DNA from: a virus
Lineage: Duplodnaviria > Caudoviricetes
IMG/VR virus record: IMGVR_UViG_3300020181_000022
Location: 1 to 35,596 of that record
Direction: 5' to 3' (one strand)
Length of the DNA: 35,596 bases
The notes below the pieces were generated by a model. It did no database searches. It was not told the origin of the DNA and saw only the letters and a list, made by a program, of their open reading frames with translations. Shown in pieces: positions 27,554-34,642 of this stretch. Position 1 is the stretch's first letter; each line of letters opens with the position of its first letter. The position numbers and the translations under genes were made by a program.

Positions 27554-30024
27554 GAAACTATATCACCATGTAGCTGCCAAGTGTCCGCGCCAATCTTGCG
27601 AAGTGTCGCAGCAGAATATCGACCCGCCAACTTATTTGCACCCTCACGAGAACGAAGGTTTACTCCCGCCGCTGGCGCTATAATTACTTCTCCCACATTT
27701 CCCTGAACAATATCAATATCGATTCCAATAGGGAAGGACGAAGTTGCATTCGTTGGAATAGTAAATGTTATAGCTCCTGCGGACTCAGACTGTAGGTGCC
27801 TACCGGCCATCCAGCCAACCAAAGTAGTATTCTCAGTGAAGAAATTAATGGTCTTCTGCGGAACAAAGCTGGTAGGAGTAGAAATGTTTTCTGCCACCCA
27901 TTCGTCTGTTGCTCTCTTGCGAAGTCTAATCGAACCAAACTGATCAGCAATCTTCAATCCACCCGGCGCTCTTAGAGTGACACCAGTAGCAGGAGCGATT
28001 GTTGTAGCGCCAGTGCCTAGCTGCATAACATCGATAACTGTACCAACCGCAAACCCTGCGGTGGCATTGGTTGGAACTACAACTGTATTGGCTGCTGAGT
28101 TATTCATTTCAATAACCTTGCGAGCATCAGTCAGAACAAGGGTGTATGAAGCCACCGTCTGAGTATTAGACTGGAATCCAAAGAATCTAAAATCATTACC
28201 GGCGGCGGCGGTGTTTCCTGCCGTTCCAAGGCTAAGGCTAGAAGTTCCAGCGCTAATAGCAGTTCTCGCTGCTGCTGCGTCAGTGGCAGTAATTAATGCA
28301 CGACCTACCGCAGTTGAATTATAAAGCTCGGCGGCTGGGTGCGTATGAACAGGAACTCCTGCTCCGATGCCAGTAACAGTTCTGGCCCAAAGCGTTGATC
28401 CAAAGCCATCTGTAGGATCAATCGTTGATGGGTTGGTTGGGTGAACGCCGTCAGCCTGAACTAGAGCGCGGCCGTTATCTGCTGCATAACTTACGAATGC
28501 TTCCAAAACCGGCACATAGCGGGCTCCATTATCCTTTGCGATCTGAGGAATAAGAGCCTGGCGTGCTGCATGAGTTGAAATCATGGAAGCATCACGCGGT
28601 GAAAATTCAGGGTTCTGAGAACCTAGATAGATAGTGGCCTTTGGGTGGGCTACCTTAATCAAATCAATAGTCTGCTTGTAATCAGCAGGAAAAGCTGCCG
28701 GGCCGCCCTGATTCAAATGACCATTGTGACTAAATGACAAAAATACACTATCCAAAGAGACCGGGAACATTGCAGCCAAGCGGCCCGGTGCCCTAAGATA
28801 GTCAGGATTCTTGCCAGCTACAGAACCATTGTAAAGCTTAATAGTAGGAGTAGGAATGATTTCTGTTTCTACCTTGACTTCATCGAGGGCAAGACCACCG
28901 GCAAGATTTCCAGGATTAGCAGCTACGCCCGCATAAAACCCAATCTCTGATTTTTCTTGAGCTGTTAGGTTAAAGGAACGGATGACGGGTTCTCTACCTT
29001 CTACTGTAATCTTAGCACTAAAAGTAAGACCAGACAAAGATGTTTCCACCTCAACGGCCTTATTGGTTACGTTAGCAAGTCCCAAATCAATCTGCTCGGT
29101 AGCCACCACTTGGACTCCTCCGACAGCAAGAGTTTTAGCCATCGTGAGATACGTAATCCATTGACCGTTAAGTGAGAGGTTCAAGTGTACACCAAACCCG
29201 GTCATTAAAGCGTTTGAAAATCCATTACCAAATCTAAAAGCATTAAACCCAGTCAAACCAGCAGTTGTAACCAGAACTTTACTAGTAACTGTAGAATCCT
29301 GAGTAGGGCAGAGAACGGAGAGGCCGGAAGTATTGTTGGCTAAACTGGCACGACCGCCTGACTTCGTGACTGTGCCCCAGCCTGCCCAAGTTCCCTTCGT
29401 ATCTGCCGCTGCGCCTACAGCATTACCAGCAACTGAGAAAGTGTCATGTGCAATTACTCCACCAGTAGCTGCTGCACCAGCATTAACAACTGTTGGTGCT
29501 CCATAAGTTTGAGTAGCATCATTAAATCCGTAATGCTCCATGCGAACATTTGGATACTTGGTGGACAGAAGCTTAAGAGTAATCAAAGGCCACTCGAATG
29601 CTGAAAGATTGTCTCCTGTTGAGTCACCAGCAACACCGGCAGTGTGGGAGTATCCGAACTGTGCAGCCCTAACGATATCCTCCCAAGGACCAACGGCTCC
29701 ACCTGCTGAACTTACAGTATTAGATTCAGTAGCAAGTGCTACTGGTGCCTGATAATCAATCCTACCGTCCTGAATAAAGCGACTCTTACCATCCTTGGTC
29801 AACTTTACACGGAAAAAGGCATCTCCAATGGCGTCAACGTCGGCTGCTGTCAGCGTAACATTGACTGTCCTTGTACCGGCTGTTGCGGTCTTAGTTAAGA
29901 GGACGCTTGGGAAGTCTCTCTTCTTAGAGAATTCTACTGCCAGAGTTGCCCCTGTTAGATCGCTTGAAACCGGGATCTTCACGGTTTCGCCGTTGCCCTT
30001 GCGGGTTGAGAATGAATATGCCAT
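27550..30024 (-). CDS. Fibre-like protein with an SGNH/GDSL hydrolase domain
   Basis: GDSTG, NGSVAG, SHNG and DGVHP blocks; an HTH...AAAARTAI repeat and C-terminal domains similar to those in 8744-13399. Confidence 0.75.
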   Translation of the reverse strand: MAYSFSTRKGNGETVKIPVSSDLTGATLAVEFSKKRDFPSVLLTKTATAGTRTVNVTLTAADVDAIGDAFFRVKLTKDGKSRFIQDGRIDYQAPVALATESNTVSSAGGAVGPWEDIVRAAQFGYSHTAGVAGDSTGDNLSAFEWPLITLKLLSTKYPNVRMEHYGFNDATQTYGAPTVVNAGAAATGGVIAHDTFSVAGNAVGAAADTKGTWAGWGTVTKSGGRASLANNTSGLSVLCPTQDSTVTSKVLVTTAGLTGFNAFRFGNGFSNALMTGFGVHLNLSLNGQWITYLTMAKTLAVGGVQVVATEQIDLGLANVTNKAVEVETSLSGLTFSAKITVEGREPVIRSFNLTAQEKSEIGFYAGVAANPGNLAGGLALDEVKVETEIIPTPTIKLYNGSVAGKNPDYLRAPGRLAAMFPVSLDSVFLSFSHNGHLNQGGPAAFPADYKQTIDLIKVAHPKATIYLGSQNPEFSPRDASMISTHAARQALIPQIAKDNGARYVPVLEAFVSYAADNGRALVQADGVHPTNPSTIDPTDGFGSTLWARTVTGIGAGVPVHTHPAAELYNSTAVGRALITATDAAAARTAISAGTSSLSLGTAGNTAAAGNDFRFFGFQSNTQTVASYTLVLTDARKVIEMNNSAANTVVVPTNATAGFAVGTVIDVMQLGTGATTIAPATGVTLRAPGGLKIADQFGSIRLRKRATDEWVAENISTPTSFVPQKTINFFTENTTLVGWMAGRHLQSESAGAITFTIPTNATSSFPIGIDIDIVQGNVGEVIIAPAAGVNLRSREGANKLAGRYSAATLRKIGADTWQLHGDIVS

Positions 30025-30048
30025 GACTATATTTTAGCAGATTCAGCT

Positions 30049-31011
30049 TTATGTTTCAAAGCGAGCAACGATAGGTGCAAATGCTTCTTCAGTTAATTTA
30101 TCCCAATCGTACGCCTTATGTACGGACTCGGCCCGGTTGAAAGCATCCTGTGCATAATGATCAAATCCCTCTACCGCGTCCTCAATGCACCAAGCAAGAT
30201 CAATGTCTGATGGATGCAGCATTTCTCCTGGGTGTGTTTTAGGCCACGGGCTAGGGCCAAGCCGGGTTGCTACCACAAGATTACTATTCACCAATTCTTC
30301 ATAAGGTGCCCAGCCTTCTGTGATGATAACCGGCATACCGGTGCTCATAGCCTGTAGCGGAATCAATCCAAAGCCCTCACCAAATGACGGGTAGATCAAC
30401 ATATCGTGATCGTGAACAAGATCAACCATCTGCTCGGTTGTATATTCGTCTGTTATAACGTCTACATTGCCCAGGTGCTCCCAATCATCGATCCACGTTG
30501 AACCGTTAGCCTTAAAGGTTAAAGTTACCTGGTTGCGACTGTTTCCATAAAGCTGTACGAACGTATCAAATAAAAGGGGTCCTCCCTTGCGGACAGCAGG
30601 CTCTCCGATATGCAGCAGCTTAACCGGGCCGCTAGTGCTACGCTCTCGTGGCGTCCACACAGCAGAATCTACGCCGTGCTGATACACCTTTGCAGGGAAG
30701 CCTTCGGCCTCAAACCAACTAGCGATTACAGGGGATGGAGTCCAGAGTTCATCACAACCTCGTAACAAATATTTCCAATTTCGAGGAAGGCGGGTTGACT
30801 CCCAGGGCACGTAGCCAATGTGGTATGCGTCCCGATTAGACCATTGCCAGTATTCAGGCTGGCAGAAAGCAAACTCAACCGGCGCGGTTTCGTCAAATAA
30901 TTTAACCTCATGACCTAGACGCTGGAGAGATGATACAATCTGATAGGAAGCCTCTCCGAAGCCGTTGGCTCTTTGGAGGTTTTCAATTGGCACACACATA
31001 CTGATCTTCAT
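30049..31011 (-). CDS. Glycosyltransferase (GT4 / group 1)
   Basis: PWEST, DELWTPS, HGVD, RKGG and YPSFGEGFGLIPLQAMSTGMPVI. Confidence 0.92.
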   Translation of the reverse strand: MKISMCVPIENLQRANGFGEASYQIVSSLQRLGHEVKLFDETAPVEFAFCQPEYWQWSNRDAYHIGYVPWESTRLPRNWKYLLRGCDELWTPSPVIASWFEAEGFPAKVYQHGVDSAVWTPRERSTSGPVKLLHIGEPAVRKGGPLLFDTFVQLYGNSRNQVTLTFKANGSTWIDDWEHLGNVDVITDEYTTEQMVDLVHDHDMLIYPSFGEGFGLIPLQAMSTGMPVIITEGWAPYEELVNSNLVVATRLGPSPWPKTHPGEMLHPSDIDLAWCIEDAVEGFDHYAQDAFNRAESVHKAYDWDKLTEEAFAPIVARFET

Positions 31012-31039
31012 GGATCAATTTTAACACAGGGAGATAAAG

Positions 31040-31282
31040 ATGCCAAAGCAACTAACGGTTGCGGAAACCAGAAAAGTTCTTGAAAGAAATGCTTCCTTCT
31101 GGTTTCCTCGCATGGAGCTTTTAGGTGCCTCTAAAAGAAGGCGCAAAGCATATGAGCAAGAGCAAGATGCTCTTGAAATAGAACACAATATTAGATGTCA
31201 GAAGCTTCGAGAAATTGCCGAGCTTCCTGATGAAGATTTGCAATGGCTGCTCGATAGCGGCTGGTCGCCGTTTGACTCATAA
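31040..31282 (+). CDS. Hypothetical protein
   Basis: 80 aa, SD AGGGAG; first gene of the divergent plus-strand block. Confidence 0.7.
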   Translation: MPKQLTVAETRKVLERNASFWFPRMELLGASKRRRKAYEQEQDALEIEHNIRCQKLREIAELPDEDLQWLLDSGWSPFDS

Positions 31283-31300
31283 AAGTCAACGTGCTAAAGT
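31272..31300 (+). promoter_or_regulatory. Promoter P1
   Basis: TTGACT-17-TAAAGT with a TGn extension. Confidence 0.55.
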
Positions 31301-31306
31301 ATATTT

Positions 31307-31760
31307 AGTTTCAACCGGTCCCCTAGTCACGGTTGCAAAGGACACAGATTTCTGCTACAATGGTAGAGAACTACAGCCCCAAGCAGCCTGACTAGGGTCT
31401 TCGAAAGAAGAAGGTTGCTTGGGGCCTTTCCTTTCCCAAGACTCTGCTTTCCTGGAATAATGGAACCCTAGCCATATGGACGACAAGCGGAGGTCAGTGT
31501 GGGCCAGCACTTATCAAGGCTATGGTGGAGCAATCTCCGAGAAGTGTCAATGTCCTCTCGGCTAGATGGTTTTCTTTTATCCCGTTCTTCTGCCAGGCTC
31601 CACCACCAGGCCGGTAAATAGAAAGAAGAACCCACTGAGTTAGTTCTCAAAGAGACTCGAAACGGTGGACCGAGGATAGGAGTGTGTGACTGTGAGGCTC
31701 CTATCGTGGCATTGACGCAGACTCTGACAGCGAGAGAAAACCTTTTACCCTTCTCTCTAG
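31307..31760 (+). ncRNA. Candidate large structured ncRNA with pseudoknots
   Basis: About 520 bp gene-free gap with at least nine complementary segment pairs, several with G-U pairs on the plus strand, downstream of two promoters. Confidence 0.6.
31333..31361 (+). promoter_or_regulatory. Promoter P2
   Basis: TTGCAA-17-TACAAT with a TGn extension. Confidence 0.7.
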
Positions 31761-31805
31761 GCACGCGGGGGGGAGAATGTACTATTCTATCTAAAAGGAG
31801 ATAAG

Positions 31806-31979
31806 ATGATAATAATTCCAGAAAATACAGAAGATGTGTTCAAATTAGCGAACTGGTATAATCAGGGTAGAATTACAGCAGAAATCTATTGGGATGCAAT
31901 GGACCGCTATGCCCAAATCCAGATAGAAAAGGAGATTAAAAATGGTTATCACGACAAAAGAGCTAGAAAACATTCCTGA
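31806..31979 (+). CDS. Hypothetical protein, 57 aa
   Basis: SD AAGGAG; MIIIPENTEDVFKLANWYNQGRITAEIYWDAMDRY...; below the track's size cutoff. Confidence 0.6.
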   Translation: MIIIPENTEDVFKLANWYNQGRITAEIYWDAMDRYAQIQIEKEIKNGYHDKRARKHS

Positions 31980-32019
31980 CAGAGACAAGAAGAAGCCAGA
32001 ACCAGAAAAGAAGTCCTGA
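31942..32019 (+). CDS. Possible 25 aa peptide
   Basis: SD AAGGAG then MVITTKELENIPDRDKKKPEPEKKS*. Confidence 0.4.
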   Translation: MVITTKELENIPDRDKKKPEPEKKS

Positions 32020-32057
32020 CCTCTGTGGTATACTTGATCTAGATGGAGGTGATATAG

Positions 32058-32231
32058 TTGATCGTACTTGGTATTGTTCTCCTGATTCTAGGAGCAATCT
32101 TTGACATCGGTATTCTCCTAACTCTAGGTTGGATTCTGATTGCTGTTGCTGTTGTTCTCTACGTTGTTGCTGCTATTGCAGGCGCACGCACGGGACGAGC
32201 ACTCTTCGGAAGAAGGAAGCATCTGTTCTGA
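32058..32231 (+). CDS. Small two-TM membrane protein (DUF6131-like)
   Basis: TGG-TATACT, SD GGAGGT, TTG start; MIVLGIVLLILGAIFDIGILLTLGWILIAVAVVLYVVAAIAGARTGRALFGRRKHLF*. Confidence 0.8.
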   Translation: MIVLGIVLLILGAIFDIGILLTLGWILIAVAVVLYVVAAIAGARTGRALFGRRKHLF

Positions 32232-32244
32232 TTTAAACACAATT

Positions 32245-32271
32245 GCCCCCTGGTGACAACCGGGGGGCTTT
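32245..32271 (+). terminator. Intrinsic terminator
   Basis: GCCCCCTGGT/ACCGGGGGGC stem followed by TTT. Confidence 0.7.
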
Positions 32272-32287
32272 GTGCTAGAATGGTGGC

Positions 32288-32389
32288 ATGAGATGTGACA
32301 CCTGCTGGAAGCCAGCCGACAAGCACGCTGGCTCGGACCATGCTGTAGTAGTTCGACTGCCTCATTTACCAATTAGAAGGAGCCAGTGA
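32288..32389 (+). CDS. Leaderless 33 aa CxxC/His peptide
   Basis: TAGAAT + 6 nt + ATG; MRCDTCWKPADKHAGSDHAVVVRLPHLPIRRSQ*; stop overlaps the next start. Confidence 0.55.
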   Translation: MRCDTCWKPADKHAGSDHAVVVRLPHLPIRRSQ

Positions 32390-32577
32390 TGTATAACATG
32401 CCAGGAGTCCCACCAGCGCGTACCAAAGAAGAGGTTGACAACCGGGTCGAGTTGTGGCATGATATGGACGACGAGACCTATGAGGCAAGAGGCCGACCCT
32501 CGTTGAATGAGTATCTAGGCTGGTCTGAACATGACTATGGAGTCTGGATGTTTACAGGAAGGATTCCAAATGGATAA
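32386..32577 (+). CDS. Hypothetical protein
   Basis: SD AAGGAG; VELWHD...SLNEYLGWSEHDYGVW, a pattern seen in small phage proteins. Confidence 0.75.
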   Translation: MMYNMPGVPPARTKEEVDNRVELWHDMDDETYEARGRPSLNEYLGWSEHDYGVWMFTGRIPNG

Positions 32578-32680
32578 AGATAAATACGCACGAAATTATA
32601 AGCATAGATTTGCGTTTGCTATCAGGTTTGGCAGAACTATTTATTCGTGGAAATTATTTCCAAAGAAGAATTGGGGCTGA
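32570..32680 (+). CDS. Possible 36 aa basic/aromatic peptide
   Basis: MDKDKYARNYKHRFAFAIRFGRTIYSWKLFPKKNWG*; fills the gap between two genes. Confidence 0.45.
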   Translation: MDKDKYARNYKHRFAFAIRFGRTIYSWKLFPKKNWG

Positions 32681-32681
32681 T

Positions 32682-32951
32682 ATGTGGAAGAAAATTAGAG
32701 CTTGGTTTGGTTATGTTGACGAGCGCGCAGGGCTTAAGGTCGAGATTCGTAAGAACCGGCCAGGCCAGGCGTATCACGGTCCCGGCCAGCGTGTTATGGG
32801 ACCACAACAGCCACGTCCGCAAGTACAGAGGCGGGCTCCTAGCGCGCCCCCACGCCGCAGCCGTCCGGTTTATCAAGATTCAGGATTGACATATATCGCA
32901 TATGATGCTGGTTCCAGCAGCGATTCAGGCTCTAGCGGAGGTTGCGACTGA
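32682..32951 (+). CDS. Hypothetical protein with an SSSDSGSSGGCD tail
   Basis: Likely start MWKKIRAW at 32682; Ser/Gly-rich C-terminus; TGATG overlap with the next gene. Confidence 0.65.
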   Translation: MWKKIRAWFGYVDERAGLKVEIRKNRPGQAYHGPGQRVMGPQQPRPQVQRRAPSAPPRRSRPVYQDSGLTYIAYDAGSSSDSGSSGGCD

Positions 32952-33220
32952 TGGGCAAGCATAGCGCACCAGATGAAGCGCTAGACTATTTCAGAAATAT
33001 GTTTGCTAGAGCAGCAGAACGAGATAAGCGCCGGTCTCTAGATGGAAACTGTTATGGCTTTGAAGATGGTATGGACGGCTTTGTCGTCCACGGAGCAGGT
33101 TGTTCATTGGCAGGTCGTAGTTGGCACAGCAGTTCTAGAGACTGCATTAACTATAGCACCTGGAGAGGATGGACACCAGATTGGGCAAAGGATGTATCAG
33201 AACCTGCGTTGGATCGCTGA
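32951..33220 (+). CDS. Hypothetical protein
   Basis: Starts MGKHSAP, coupled to the upstream stop. Confidence 0.6.
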   Translation: MGKHSAPDEALDYFRNMFARAAERDKRRSLDGNCYGFEDGMDGFVVHGAGCSLAGRSWHSSSRDCINYSTWRGWTPDWAKDVSEPALDR

Positions 33221-33500
33221 CACACATGCTACACTAGATTGGGCAGAAGTCCGTGACAAGCTTCCGGTAAATCCACCCGGTAGTCATTTCAGAGAGGGGT
33301 TCGACGTTATGATTGAAGATGTTGATGTTCTTAATTGGCACGCTTATGGTCCGCTGGTAGATGGTAGCGAGCTTGACGTGTTTGAGTTTAGACCCCGTTT
33401 GAGGGATAATGTTCAGCAGGTGCCTAGGAGTCGTATTCGTATGGCTCTAGTTGATGAGGCACCAGAATTGGATGATGATTATGAGCTTGACTGCGACTGA
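33192..33500 (+). CDS. Hypothetical protein
   Basis: C-terminal part of the 33042-33500 track ORF; ATG 33192 minimises overlap. Confidence 0.55.
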   Translation: MYQNLRWIADTHATLDWAEVRDKLPVNPPGSHFREGFDVMIEDVDVLNWHAYGPLVDGSELDVFEFRPRLRDNVQQVPRSRIRMALVDEAPELDDDYELDCD

Positions 33501-33672
33501 AAAGTTACAACTGATCGAACAATATGTGCGTGATCTGTACCCGGTCTTTCGACCTGCGATCTTGAAGCCTGACCTATTACAACAATATGATAACGGTTGG
33601 GACCATGCTATGTGCGAGGTCCAGGGTGCCCTTCTTGAAATCTTGGAGGCCGATGATGCAGATTTGGGCTGA
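33481..33672 (+). CDS. Hypothetical protein
   Basis: MSLTATEKLQLIEQYVRDL; part of the tightly packed plus-strand block. Confidence 0.6.
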   Translation: MSLTATEKLQLIEQYVRDLYPVFRPAILKPDLLQQYDNGWDHAMCEVQGALLEILEADDADLG

Positions 33673-33799
33673 TGATAACGATTCTATAAACATTTACACC
33701 TGGATGGTTACGTCGAAGGACGGTGAGATTGTTGGTTCTATCAAGAGTAATGGAGAAGTTTACATTAAGGACTCTATTCAGCAAGACCCCCAGGATTAA
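33653..33799 (+). CDS. Hypothetical small protein
   Basis: GGAGG before MMQIWADDNDS; C-terminal part of the 33587-33799 track ORF. Confidence 0.5.
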   Translation: MMQIWADDNDSINIYTWMVTSKDGEIVGSIKSNGEVYIKDSIQQDPQD

Positions 33800-33828
33800 G
33801 AATTCACGTTGTGGCTTAGGGTGTCCCT

Positions 33829-33996
33829 GTGGATGATTACGATGATCTACCGGAGATTCCTTGTGAACCACCTATACCGGCCGAGGTCGGTGACGTGTGG
33901 TACTGCCCCGATTGTGCAAGAAAGTTTTACTACGTTCTAATGACTTTAGATAATGACGTAGAGATAGAAGCATGGTTTACAAGTGAGATTGGATAG
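33829..33996 (+). CDS. Small Zn-ribbon-like protein
   Basis: VDDYDDLPEIPCEPPIPAEVGDVWYCPDCARKFYY...EIG*; ends 2 nt before the next ATG. Confidence 0.5.
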   Translation: MDDYDDLPEIPCEPPIPAEVGDVWYCPDCARKFYYVLMTLDNDVEIEAWFTSEIG

Positions 33997-33998
33997 TA

Positions 33999-34370
33999 AT
34001 GCCTAGATTTAGAAAGCGCCCGGTTGAGATTGAGGCGCGTAGAGTACCGGATTTCGATGAGTATGAAAGTGCTGTTGAGTATGTCAACACTATTGTTGCG
34101 TTGGGTCAATGGTTCAATGGCAAAACATACTTAATGACACCCGAGGGTGAATATGCCCATGATGGTGCTAAGGTTATAGGTCCGCATGTAGTTGTCCCCA
34201 CTCTAGAGGGTGATATGATTGGACTACCGGGCGACTGGATTATTCAGGGTGTGAACGGTGAGTTCTATCCTTGCAAGCCAGATATCTTTGAAAAGACCTA
34301 CGAGCCTGTAGACGCATACTTGGACCATGAGCCATTAACGGCTCCACGAGACGTATTGGATATGAGCTAA
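33999..34370 (+). CDS. Conserved phage protein of unknown function
   Basis: FRKRPVEIEA...TLEGDM...GDWIIQGVNGEFYPCKPDIFEKTYE, a widespread phage family signature. Confidence 0.85.
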   Translation: MPRFRKRPVEIEARRVPDFDEYESAVEYVNTIVALGQWFNGKTYLMTPEGEYAHDGAKVIGPHVVVPTLEGDMIGLPGDWIIQGVNGEFYPCKPDIFEKTYEPVDAYLDHEPLTAPRDVLDMS

Positions 34371-34642
34371 TGGCAGATTACAGTGGCGCTTACGAGCGCT
34401 TTGACCCTACCCCTGCACCTAAGCAGAATCTTAAGGACATATCTATTGGTATGCAAACTTCTATCCTTAGAGTCAGGGAGAGTAAGGTAACAACCATTGA
34501 TTTTGGAGAAGGTCCGTTCAAGGTTGAGCAGTTTCAGGAACTTGCCCGGTTGCTAAAGGATTTCCCGCCTGGCGCTAGGGTAGCTGTAGAACAACAAGCT
34601 TGGGACGATGGAGAAACATTTAAGGTGACAATAAGCACATGA
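34370..34642 (+). CDS. Hypothetical protein
   Basis: 90 aa, coupled to both neighbours. Confidence 0.7.
   Translation: MADYSGAYERFDPTPAPKQNLKDISIGMQTSILRVRESKVTTIDFGEGPFKVEQFQELARLLKDFPPGARVAVEQQAWDDGETFKVTIST

Noticed and set aside
31468-31764. 98 aa minus-strand ORF in the large gap
   Set aside because: No SD, no recognisable protein pattern, and opposite to the local gene direction. RNA structure explains the region better.
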